From: Octopus sinensis
Lineage: Eukaryota
Length of the DNA stretch: 20,227 nt
Direction of reading: 5' to 3'
Assembly: GCF_006345805.1 (NCBI RefSeq)
Contig: NW_021824073.1
Coordinates: forward strand, 1-20,227
The notes beneath the pieces are model-generated. The model did no database searches. It had not been told where the DNA came from and was given only the letters and a program-made list of their open reading frames with translations. The translations under genes and the position numbers were made by a program. This document shows positions 1 through 12,258 of this stretch, in pieces; position 1 is the stretch's first letter, and every line of letters begins with the position of its first letter.

Positions 1-38
1 ATGATAGGAAAGAGAAGCGGTGCAATTACTAATATGTA

Positions 39-293
39 CGTGTGTGTGTGTGTGTGTGTGTGTGTATGCATGTATATGTATGTGAATAGAGAAAATGGGA
101 GGCGAGTGAAAACTGTCAATCTGTATAGGGTTAGTACTACTGTAAGCGAAAGAGAAAATGAAACATATCTGTATGTGTGTGTGTGTGTGTGTGGGTATTT
201 GTATAATATAGATATATATAATATATATATATAGATATATATATATATATATATATGTATATACATATATATGTATGTATGTATATATATATA

Positions 294-326
<33 letters not shown>

Positions 327-441
327 GTATGTATATATATATGTATATACATATATATGTAGGTAAATGTATATATATATACATATATACGTGTATATCT
401 ATACACATAGATAAATAGATATACATATTATATTATATATA

Positions 442-502
<61 letters not shown>

Positions 503-870
503 TATATATACATACATTCATACACACACACATAAAAATCGAGTGCCAGATAGATACGTAGATTGATTGATTGATTAATTGATTGATTGATTGATTGGTT
601 GGTTGACTGATGAAGGGAGAAGCGAGCAGTAAGACGTTGAAGCAGGGGTTAATGAGCAAAAGAGAAATCAGTGTGAGTGAATTAAGGCGGTGGATACGTT
701 TGAATGTTTGTTTGTTGCTTTGTGATAATGTGTGTGTGTATGCGTGTCTGTATATGTGTGTGTGTGTGTGTATGAGTGCCTGAGTGTGCCTGTGTATGTA
801 CGCAAGTTTATATGAGTCTGTTTTAGTGAGTGTCTGTGTGCATTACAGTGTGGGCGTGTGTATATGTGTG
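39..870. repeat. Compound microsatellite field: (TG)n, long (TA)n, (GATT)n, degenerate (TG)n
   Basis: (TG)n at 39-65 and 173-192, interrupted (TA)n at ~200-510, (GATT)n at ~560-608, degenerate TG at ~728-870. Confidence 0.95.
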
Positions 871-1145
871 CTCTTATTTGTCGAAAGACACTCAGAACAG
901 CTGACGGGTTACTAAGAAAAAGAGAAAAACAAAACGGCTAGGTTTGGAGAATGGTGCGAGAATGACCGAGGTGTGATGTGTAGAAGGTTCGAGAAAATGG
1001 TAACATACTCGAAGATACGACAGTTAAAATTAATAAACATGTAGGATATATATATATATAGTAATGAGTAAATGAGTAGACAAACGAAAGAAAAGGCACT
1101 CAACTCATTTATTGGGAGTTACATGTATGGATCAAAACTGTTTAT

Positions 1146-1147
<2 letters not shown>

Positions 1148-1183
<36 letters not shown>

Positions 1184-1361
1184 GGGTTTGTATGATTGTG
1201 TATAGAGGGATATATATTATTCAAAGGAATATAGAATATATAGTATAAATAGTATATATAGTAAAATGAAATGAAGTATTGATTGTCTTATTGAATATCA
1301 AAATATATATATATATATGGACCAAACTGATATATATATATATATATATAATATATAATAT

Positions 1362-1398
<37 letters not shown>

Positions 1399-1461
1399 GG
1401 GTATATGTATGTGTATGTCTGTATGTCTGTCTATATGTATGTATGTATGCATGTATGTATG
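1148..1461. repeat. (TA)n and (ATGT)n microsatellites
   Basis: TA runs at 1148-1180 and 1303-1398, ATGT-type run to ~1461. Confidence 0.9.
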
Positions 1462-1755
1462 TAGAAGAGAAAATCGTAAGTCTTGTTCAAAATTCACAAC
1501 GGCTGTTTCGGCAGCATTTTATTAATGCATTCTTAGATTACATCATGGCAAAAAAACACGCTATCTTCCTGGGTATTTGAAGCCCAGTACTTGACTTTTC
1601 CCACCGTTATATACGCTGAAGTACCTAGGTTCTAACAAATCCTGTAATTGAACAATACATATAACATATATATATAGTTGAAATTTACATGTGTGTGTAA
1701 AATTATAAATAACTAAAGAAATATCGGATAAAATTCATTTCATCTTTGGGAATTG

Positions 1756-1920
1756 TTATTTAACAAACGTTTCGCAGCTTAATAAAAAGTATTATATATA
1801 TATATAATTATTTTATTATATTTTATAAGTAATAAACTACTTACATATCTACATTAATGTATATATATACAACCTTTAAATTAACGTAAATATTAAGCTA
1901 ACTCATCAGGTTAAAAGAAA
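1756..1920 (-). ncRNA. Type I hammerhead ribozyme-like motif, minus-strand copy
   Basis: Minus strand: TTTAAC-CTGATGA(1909-1903)-GTTAGCTTAATA...TATTAAGCTGC-GAAA(1773-1770)-CGTTT-GTTAAA. Stem I TTTAAC/GTTAAA, stem II AGCTTAATA/TATTAAGCT, palindromic AAACGTTT in place of stem III. Confidence 0.6.
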
Positions 1921-2003
1921 TCCATGTTTAAAAAAGCTTCTTTTGTAAATATTGACTTTGTATTCTTGAAACGTTATATGTAGGGATTATTTTTTAACAT
2001 AGA

Positions 2004-2163
2004 TTTCTTTTAACCTGAAGATCTGTCTTAATATCTACATTAATTAAAAAATTGTATTTATGTTAATGCATATATGTAAATTATTACTTATAAAATACTA
2101 TAAAATAAATTATTTATACATGTCTATTTATTAAGCTGCGAAACATGCGTCGTTAAATAAGAA
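2004..2163 (+). ncRNA. Type I hammerhead ribozyme-like motif, plus-strand copy
   Basis: TTTAAC-CTGAAGA(2015-2021)...CTTAATA/TATTAAG...C-GAAA(2140-2143)-C-ATGC-GTC(2149-2151)-GTTAAA. Both catalytic boxes, a GUC triplet and a 6-bp stem I are present, but the base of stem II is mismatched. Confidence 0.65.
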
Positions 2164-2475
2164 TGTCCAGAGGTAAAATAAATTTTATAACAATTTATTT
2201 CCCTCATGATTTATAAATGTAGACACTACTTTTGTTTTTCTCTTGTATCGTACAATATATTCTGTTTTGTACAATGATACATTAAGGAGCTTATTTTTAT
2301 GAGTACCACCGGATTATATGAATCTATATATTGTGATCTATATATATATAAAGTATATATTTAAAACAATGAGTAGAGATGACGCCCAAAAAGCTCTCTA
2401 CACATTTTTTTGAAATATATATACTGCACCAAGAACTTTCTTTTTATTATTCTACTAATATATATATATATATAT

Positions 2476-2674
2476 TGTTATAGCCTGTAAATTTTGGATT
2501 GTTATATCACCCATGTCGGTATACAGTATACTTAGTAAAACCAGTAGAGACACGACTATCTCTGACCGCTGACTACATACTCCGGTTCTTCACGACTTAT
2601 CTTTATTTATAGTAATTAGGGTCTTCCATTCGTCACGTGGGAGGGTGTACCATTATTACTAATTCCCTACAACA
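2476..2674 (-). mobile_element. Probable 3' LTR of the adjacent Ty3/Gypsy element
   Basis: 199 bp bounded by TGTTATAG...CTACAACA (TG..CA, 7/8 inverted match). AATAAA on the minus strand at ~2602-2607. Lies downstream of the minus-strand integrase, with a purine tract at ~2737-2755 (minus). Confidence 0.6.
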
Positions 2675-2756
2675 TTAACCCTTTTAAATTTTCCTTAGGA
2701 AGTGTAATTTTAGTTAGCAATATTTTTTTTATGTACCCCACCTCCCTTTTTTTTTC

Positions 2757-4270
2757 GTGCAATTTAATATTTTTCCGCTTAGCATCTATTTTTTTTCCTC
2801 TCGTTTGTACGCCTGGGTTCAATCACCTGCAGCAGCGTTTGTACTTGGAACGTATCGTATAACCTTTCCATCAGTTCTTCCAACTGTTTTGGTTCGTTTT
2901 CCACGAATCTCTTTTTCTGTTGGTTCCTGTGTCTCTTTTGTATACCTTTCCTACTTTTTATCCAATACATCATTTTATCTATGCATATGGTAATTACACC
3001 ATCTTCCCAACTCTGCTTTTCATTCTTGTATGCCCTCATAAACATATTTTCACCGGTTTTAAAGTATCTTGCTGTTTTCCCTAGGAGTTTCTCCTCTTGT
3101 CTGGTAGCGATTTATTGAAGACTGATTTTTGCTTTCCTCGCAAACATCAGCTCCGCAGGTGATCGGCCTGCTGGTGTATTCAGATTTGGTGTCACACGGT
3201 ACACTTTTAAAAATGTTGTGGAGCTACGTCACCCGTGGCTTCCTTATTCGATTTTCTAAGGGCTCTTTTGAAGGGTTCGACAAAGCATTCTGCCTGTCCA
3301 TTAGATCTGGGATGGTATGGAGCCGTAGTTATATATTCTACCGCGAACGTTTCACAAATTAAAAAAAAATTCTCTAGACACAAATTGCACCCCATTGTCA
3401 GACTCTAACTTGTCTGGAATGCCAAATCTCGCAAGTAATTCGTGTAAAAAATTCATCTCAGTTGAAGAGGTTGGTTTTTTACACTTACAAATTTCGAGAA
3501 AACATCAACTACCATTAAGTAGTAAGAACTATTTAAAGGACCAGCGAAATCGATGTGTAGTCTCGACCGCGGAACATCTACTTTTGAACAATATTTACTT
3601 TTTACCATGGGCAATTTTTCACTTCATTTTGGCTTACATACAGGTGTTTTTGTTTGACTCCCTCAACCGCATTCGAATCTTCGACTGAACCGATTATATT
3701 TCCATACAAAACACTTATGAGTGTATCCCGTACTCTGAATAGTTCCATCCACTCTGTGCCAGATAGATTAAGTAAATCTTTTGATACATTTATCTTTGCC
3801 TTTTTCGTTTCACCTCGAAATATTATATTGCATGCGAATTCACCGAAAAAAATTAATCTTTTCCTTGTAATACCATGAGTTACCTTTTACGATTTAATTA
3901 TTTTCGGCTTACCGACATATTTCCACGTTGTTTCGTTTTTAATGGTGATATCATTTCCAGTGTCTAATTTCGTTTTAACACTTGTATTTCTGATTTTCAC
4001 CTTCATGAATTTCCTCGCCGTTATATTACCAATTTCTTCCGATAATATACTATTTATTTTCTTTCCTTTGTTCTGACGTTTTATCATCTTCGTTATACAG
4101 TACGTCTTCAAATGTCTTATATTTCCACAACGAAAGTACTCCGCTTTTTTAAATGGACAAATTTTCCTTAGGTGTATACCTCAACACGCAAAACATGGGT
4201 CTATTTCTTGATCTTTGTCGTGTTTTTAGAAAATACTTTAAACAATCTTTCCGTTCGATTTCCTCTGTGT
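2757..4270 (-). pseudogene. Degenerate Ty3/Gypsy gag-pol (zinc knuckles, aspartic protease, integrase; RT/RNase H missing)
   Basis: Minus-strand translation: PCFAC*GIHLRKICPF and YFRCGNIRHLKTYC (knuckles, ~4095-4200); KLDTGNDITI (protease, ~3945-3975); RLHIDFAGPL...LARFGIPDKLESDNGVQF...YHPRSNGQAECFVEPFKRAL (integrase core, ~3250-3570); WEDGVIT...KRHRNQ (integrase C-terminal region, ~2900-3010). Stops and frameshifts throughout. Confidence 0.9.
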
Positions 4271-4277
4271 TGTGTCT

Positions 4278-4325
<48 letters not shown>

Positions 4326-4341
4326 TCTTTTATTATTTGTA

Positions 4342-5447
4342 CTAGCAAATCTATCCATCACCGATAGAGGCATAAAATAAGGGAGGGAAGTAGTAAGAAA
4401 TGTGTAAATGGACTTGATAGATTACGTGGTGATGTCTTAGAGAAATTATATTCCTGTTGATGATACAGTATTCTATTGCAGCCATATGATATGTGCTTGT
4501 GACTAAGTGACATGTGATGACGATTCACTCTCGAACCGAAATAAGCTCCCAGCCTCAGTATCATGATTATATGGACCACTCCTAACGAATGCTAGAGCTT
4601 CCTTCGACCACTGTGTTAATAAAAAAAATGTTATTTAGATATACTTTTAGTTTAGTTGTTTACACTATTTTTCACTTGTTCAAAGTTCACAAATTTCCTT
4701 ATTTAAATTATGAATCATATTCCTTTCGATAATATCAATATGATTACAAAGCTTCTTTGCAGAGGATTTTTTTACTGTTTGGTCAACACTAATTTTCAAA
4801 TTACTGGAGTCAGTTGCTCTACTCATAGCAACGTATAACTGGCTGTGTGTCAACATTGGAGTGGCTAAAAATACACATATACAAGCTAAAGTCTGGCCTT
4901 GTTTGCTGTGAATGCGCGAGCGGATTCTTTAGGGTTGCAAAAATTCAAACTGAGACTGACTGTTCTATGTAAATGTCTGGATGTTCTGGTACTATGGGTT
5001 ATTTTGATTGACAAAACTGAGATGTAAACAACAGCTGCTTCGATTAGTCGTTTCGAATCCTGCTCGAGACTGACACACTTCAATAACCACTAAATAATCA
5101 CACACACACTATATACCGGCACACGCTTTTCTCATTTTATTTTCGCTATTAACCGTCCTCGCAACCCACTTCGCATCTCCGATGGGGCCACGAACTACAC
5201 GATGAAAATCCAGAGTTACTCGTGATCGGTGAATTTTTTATAAAAATGTGAATGTGGTTTATCAATTCAAAAATCGATATGCACGAAATAACCATACTTC
5301 CTGATTTTTTAGTGCTAAAAGCCTTCCTGACGACCGGCTTTGTAATCCCGAAAAATATCGTAACCATTGGTCCAGCCGTCTGGCTGTGAAGAAGGTCCAG
5401 ACAAAGAGACGGACAGACAGATGGACATAATGCTCATTATAGTAAGA
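4342..5447 (-). mobile_element. Non-autonomous Helitron, unit A (with ~800 bp unassigned interior)
   Basis: Minus-strand 5' end TCTTACTA at 5447 followed by a (CTGT)-like tract. 3' end CTAG|T at 4345-4342; its subterminal ctagcaaatc...ccatc...aaataa(a)ggga matches unit B. 5208-5447 is homologous to 5537-5779. Confidence 0.6.
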
Positions 5448-5779
5448 TAGCAAATCAGCCCATCCACGTTGGGAAATAAAGGGACAGTATCGTAAATCTA
5501 AACCCTCTAAATTCACGATCTAGGCGGGGGAGGGGGATCCAGAGTTAATCTTCGTCACCGGAATTTTAACAAAATTTAAAATCAAAGGTGATTTATTAAT
5601 ATAAAACTCAATATCCACAAAATAATCATACTGTTTCACATTTTTTTTCGCTAAAAACCTTCCTGATCACCTCCTTCGTAATTCCGAAAAACATCATGAC
5701 CACTGATCTAGCCGTTTGACCGTGAAGAGGGAACAGAAAGACAGACGGACAGACGGATAAAACGCCCATTAGAGTAAGA
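5448..5779 (-). mobile_element. Non-autonomous Helitron, unit B (332 bp), head-to-tail with unit A
   Basis: Minus strand begins A|TCTTACTC at 5779 and ends with hairpin CCCA-ACGTGGA-TGGG-CTGATTTG-CTA joined directly to the TC of unit A. Confidence 0.65.
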
Positions 5780-5781
5780 TG

Positions 5782-6160
5782 TATTCTTTTATTCTTTTAC
5801 TGGTTTCAGCAAGGGGCTGGGGCCATGGTGGAGCACCACCTTTCAGTGTTTTAGAGTCTTCTTTCGGTACTGTTTTTGGTGAAAACGCGAGTTGGACGAA
5901 CCTGCTCTTCTTTGTACCTCCTGCTACGATGTCAGCTCATCAGGGATTTCAGACAGAAATTTGTCCCGGTGCTTTTTGAATGTTTCCACTTCTAAACCTT
6001 TCAAATCTCTTATGCTCCTTGGCAAGATGTTAAACATTTGTAGTCCCCTGAAATCTAAGCTGGTGTAATACTGAGTCCTAGTCTTTGGTATTCCGCAGTG
6101 TCGTCCAGTTCAGGTGTTGTTATAGCTCTTAATTCCAAAGTTGGGAGCTAGGAGCTAGAC
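5782..6160 (-). mobile_element. 3'-terminal fragment of a CR1-like LINE (ORF2 C-terminus plus 3' UTR)
   Basis: Minus translation LAPNFGIKSY...TGRHCGIPK...SLDFRGLQMFNILPRSIRDLKGLEVETFKKHRDKFLSEIPDE fits the FNxLP...FKxxLDxFL end of CR1-group ORF2. Ends in a TAAAAGAA-type short repeat tail. Confidence 0.75.
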
Positions 6161-6170
6161 TTAAATATGT

Positions 6171-8344
<2,174 letters not shown>

Positions 8345-8347
8345 ATA

Positions 8348-8534
8348 CAGGGTGGCCCAAAAGTAGATTTACAGTTATCATGAAGGCACTTTACAAACTG
8401 GAAAGGAAGCTTGACAAAATTAACTAAATTAGCATAGAATAATGGTTTCATAGGTTTTATAAGATCTAAACTGTTAATATATGAATACGAAAGAGATAGT
8501 TGAATAACTGTAAGCCTACTTTTGGGCCACCCTG
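8348..8534. mobile_element. Tc1/mariner-type MITE (187 bp)
   Basis: 31-bp TIRs CAGGGTGGCCCAAAAGTAG(AT/GC)TTACAGTTAT with 2 mismatches. TA on the left flank, TG on the right. Confidence 0.85.
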
Positions 8535-8740
8535 TGCATGTATGTATGTATGCATGTATGTATGAGTACGTATATGGTGTTACATGCTCAGAAGTCTTGT
8601 CTCTTCCGTCGAAACTTGTTGAAACATGGACACATTACAAAAAAAACGATAAATTAAATATACTAACACAGTTTTTAAAGAGAACATCTTTCATTTCGAA
8701 TTTCTACGATCACCTGAAAGGAATGGAAATATACATATAT

Positions 8741-8973
8741 ATTTCTTTAATACCCACAAGGAGCTAAACACAAAGGGAACAAACAAGGACAGACAAACGG
8801 AATAAGTCGATTACATCGACCCCAGTGCGTAACTGGTAATTAATTTATTGACCCCCGAAAGGATGAAAGGCAAAGTCGACCTCGGCGGAATTTGAACTCA
8901 GAACGTAACGGCAGACGAAATACGGCTACGCATTTCGCCCAGCGGTGCTAACGTTTCTGCCAGCTAGCCGCCT
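8741..8973 (-). mobile_element. tRNA-derived SINE, family 2 (near full length)
   Basis: Minus: AGGCGGCTAGCTGGCAGAAACGTTAGC (A-box-like), GAGTTCAAATTCC (B-box), core GAGGTCGACTTTGCCTTTCATCCTTTCGGGGGTC. Homologous copies at 11605 and 12100. Confidence 0.85.
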
Positions 8974-9291
8974 ACATATAAGTATACCAACAAATATTCA
9001 TACATCCATGTGTATATACTATCATGCATACACACATGCTCTCCCTCACTCCCCTCTCTCTCTCTCTCACACGCACATACACGCACACACGCACGGACAC
9101 ACATACACATCTAACATTTGTAAATGGCTTCGGTATTTGTGAACGAATCTATTTTCTACGTGTATAGAGTTTTGCATATTTATAGCCCTGCAATGTTCAG
9201 TTACAGCACCATTTCCTATTGTGGTGCTCTGTGCCCATTACATAAAATATGCATCAGCATGTATCTTTGTTAATGTATTGGAAATATTCCT

Positions 9292-9292
<1 letters not shown>

Positions 9293-9346
<54 letters not shown>

Positions 9347-9499
9347 CTATCTATGTATTATTGTCTCTTCGTTTCCCTCCACACGTATGTATATATGTAA
9401 CTATGTATATGTGCATGTATGTATATGTCGTGTTGTATTGTATGTATAATATATATATATATACACCAAGCTCACATCCTAATCCACACTCATACACAC

Positions 9500-9556
<57 letters not shown>

Positions 9557-9583
9557 TATATATTATATATTATATATATATAT
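9293..9583. repeat. (TATC)n, (ACAT)n and (TA)n microsatellites
   Basis: TATC at 9293-9345, ACAT/TA at ~9495-9583. Confidence 0.9.
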
Positions 9584-9871
9584 CGTGACGCATATGTATG
9601 TAATATACATATATCACTGAAAAAATACAATTAAGAACGGGACATACCAACGAGTGAAAAATACGTAAACATGCGAGAGATACGTACGGGAGGAATGCTA
9701 AAAGAAGTCTAGCCCATCCTCAGTGTCGACTGTGATACTATTCCATGTTTCGTACTTTTATTGACAAGACAGGAAAACTTCATAAGACAGTAGCATCAGA
9801 AAATTTAAAAAATATGTTATTATACATAGGTTCTTATGTTTATATGTATATAGGATTTTTTATACAATTTT

Positions 9872-9911
<40 letters not shown>

Positions 9912-9957
9912 CCTATATACACCTAAACATGCGAACCTATGTAATGTCACCGCGTGT

Positions 9958-10150
9958 GTATCGTTGGCGATTTTCTTTTCTCTGTTCCCTTCCCTGGCCT
10001 TTTCTTTTTTCTTTTTTTCGAATTTCTGACGAAGAGCTCCGCTCGAAACGAAAATCCTACTTCTTTTTCCCTGTCATGAGCGTCCAATAACACTATACTT
10101 ATTCCACGTCCTCGCGTGTTGTGCCTTCTCTTGTTCATGTTTAGATTAAC
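9958..10150 (+). mobile_element. Short repeat with a minimal hammerhead-like core (Penelope-like terminal relic)
   Basis: CTGACGA-A-GAGC-TCC-GCTC-GAAA-CG at 10026-10050 in a pyrimidine-rich context. Same layout as 19960-20140 (minus). Cleavage triplet absent. Confidence 0.55.
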
Positions 10151-10239
10151 TATATATATATATATTATATATATATAGATATAAATAATATATATATATA
10201 GATATATATAATATATATATATACACTAATATAAATACA

Positions 10240-11267
10240 CGTTTGTAAATGTATCAGTGTACGACGTGGTATCCTTGAGCATGCTTCGACAGGCTTACGG
10301 CAGCGAGGTAATGGATTGTACATTATGTTTTGAGTGACACGGGCGCTTCAGAAGCAGAAGAACGCCCCTAAAAGACAATGAGTGGTTTGGAAGACTTAAA
10401 ACGAGTATCGGCCCCGGAAATGTGTAGAAAATGCATCAGCTTGTGTATAAGGATCGTCGGAGAACAATCAACAACATTGCTGAAGTTGTTGATCTGATGT
10501 ATGAGTCCGTGCAGGCAATCATAACGTGTGAATTGAACATCCGACGTGTGTCTGCCAAGATTGTCTTCTGCCTGCTGACTACTGAGCACAAAGAACAACG
10601 CCTGAAAGTCTGTCAAGATCTCTGTCAGTGTGCCGTTTCCATGTCGAGGATCATCACCAGTGACGAGAGTTGTGTCACAGCGGAAGAGCCTCTCCATCTC
10701 CACAACCGAACAAGGCACGACAGAGCCGCAGCTCAATGAAGTGCATGCTCATTGTTTTTTCTTTTTTCGACATCCTTGGTATTGTGCATGGAAAATTCTT
10801 CCTCCAGGGCTGTCAATCGAGAGTTCTACTGCAAACCTGTGAAGCCTTTAAAGCAGGACATTCGATGAAAGCGACCGGATCTGTGGGGCGCGAAGAATTG
10901 AAATCTTCACGGTGACAGTGCAACCTGTCACTGCGCTCTCCTAACTCGTGAGTTTCTTGCCCAAAACAGCATAGTATCGCTTCCACATCTGCACTATTCG
11001 CCAGATTTAGCACCAGCGGTCTTTCATGTCTTCCCTAAGATGAAAATGTAACTCAAAGGTCTCCGTCGAGATTCAGAGCGAATTACAGAAGGTCCTCGAC
11101 TCGCTTAAGGTAAACGATTTCCAGGCTGGTTTCCAAAAGTGGCAAGAACGCTGTGACCGGTGTATTGCTGTGACTATTTCGAAGGACCATAATGTTAAAA
11201 GTTTGGTAAATAAGTTATTCTTTTTTTATTAAACATAGCCAGTCCTGGAACTCTTTGATACCCCTCG
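10240..11267 (+). mobile_element. Decayed, 5'-truncated mariner transposon
   Basis: MLRQAYG...CFE*HGRFRS (HTH), DRRRTINNIAE...RRVSAKIVFCLLT, RIITSDES, MLIVF...FDILGIVH, LHGDSA, HYSPDLAP. 3' TIR-like CCAGTCCTGGAACTCTTTGATACCCCTCG at 11239-11267. Multiple stops and frameshifts. Confidence 0.9.
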
Positions 11268-11604
11268 ATATATATGTTTGTGTGTGTGTGCGTGTGTCAG
11301 AGAGAGAGAGAGAAAGAGAGAGATAGAGAGAGAGAGAGAGGGGGGGTGAGCGTGAAGGAAGAGAGTATAATATTTCACAGAGTAAATATTTATTTTCATT
11401 GGTAGGAATATATCTGACCGTGATTACAAACCTATATGTGACTATGATATTTATACATGTATTTATATGTATATATGACCCCGTCTATTTGAGCGCATGC
11501 GCTTACAACTATGCTGTTTATACATATTCATGTGCGCGCGTGCGTTCACGTTTGGAAATCAAAGCGAAGTGGATGGCGGATGTACAATATGTCGTTAAGT
11601 GGAA

Positions 11605-11820
11605 GGGCAACCGGCTGGCAGAATCGTTAGCCCTGCTAGACAAACTGCTTAGCGACATTTCGTCTCTCAGTGCCCCCTGAGTTCGAAATCAGCCAGAGGT
11701 CGACTTTGCTTATCATTTTTTCGGAGTCGATAAATTAAATAGCATTTGATCACTGGTATCGATATAATCGACTTACTTCTTCCCCAAAATTGCTGGTCTT
11801 ATGCCAAAACTTGAAACCAA
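11605..11820 (+). mobile_element. tRNA-derived SINE, family 2 (diverged)
   Basis: GCTGGCAGAATCGTTAGC...GAGTTCGAAATC...GAGGTCGACTTTGCTTATCAT...GTCGATAAATT, homologous to 8741-8973. Confidence 0.8.
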
Positions 11821-11913
11821 TTTGTTTTTAAGTGGTACCGAACACTTTCTTGTCCTCCTCCTTTCGCTGAACGTTTTTTCTGTTTCATCCCCATCTTTTT
11901 CATCTTTCTCTAA

Positions 11914-11915
<2 letters not shown>

Positions 11916-11951
<36 letters not shown>
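11916..11951. repeat. (CTG)12 / (CAG)12 perfect trinucleotide repeat
   Basis: Counted directly. Confidence 0.95.
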
Positions 11952-11953
<2 letters not shown>

Positions 11954-12099
11954 ACAGCCTACAAGAGATCTTCTGAATTTATTCTCTACATTTTGGTTAA
12001 CATAATCAGCCACAGAGTGAAAGACCTGAAGAAATATGAGTTAAATTCTTTTTTTTTTTTTTTCAAATATCACATTTAGTTATTTTGTTACTTCCCTTT

Positions 12100-12258
12100 A
12101 CGATCTGTGTTCAAATTTACCCCGCCTCCCCGAGCAGTCAGCTTTGCCTTTCATCCCCCTGAGGTCGATATAACAAATACCAGTCAAGTATTGGGATCGA
12201 TTTAAATGATTATCTTCTTTTACAATATGATTTGTTTGTGCCTAAGTTAGAAATCAAT
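12100..12258 (+). mobile_element. tRNA-derived SINE, family 2 (5'-truncated, old)
   Basis: GTTCAAAT...CTTTGCCTTTCATCCCCCTGAGGTCGATA...TACCAGTCAAGTATTGGGATCGAT. Confidence 0.7.

Larger units (their letters stand above)
1701..2218. repeat. Imperfect inverted repeat (arms ~1701-1935 and ~1990-2218), probably Penelope-like/retrozyme-derived
   Basis: Left arm ttatttaac...gtttcgcagcttaataaa...ttttataagtaataa...tcaggttaaaagaaatc matches the reverse complement of right arm gatttcttttaacctga...ttattacttataaaa...tttattaagctgcgaaac...gttaaataa. Confidence 0.85.

Noticed and set aside
1-1497. YI/CV-rich ORFs (likewise at 9249-9588, 13284-14036, 16731-17237, 18095-18556)
   Set aside because: Microsatellite or SINE translations with no domain content.
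1490-1550. Minus-strand CATGATG...CCGAAACAGCCGTT as another hammerhead
   Set aside because: The CUGANGA box is not intact and there is no convincing stem I.
5208-5780. CRISPR-like or satellite array
   Set aside because: Only two long diverged units with Helitron-type ends; no short repeat-spacer periodicity anywhere in the window.
8880-8973. tRNA genes at SINE heads (also 13690-13760 and 17338-17400)
   Set aside because: A/B-box-like motifs continue into SINE bodies and no full cloverleaf is evident.
11801-12079. Plus-strand poly-Ala ORF
   Set aside because: Begins inside a SINE tail, and the alanine run is just the (CTG)12 repeat. Splice signals favour the opposite strand.
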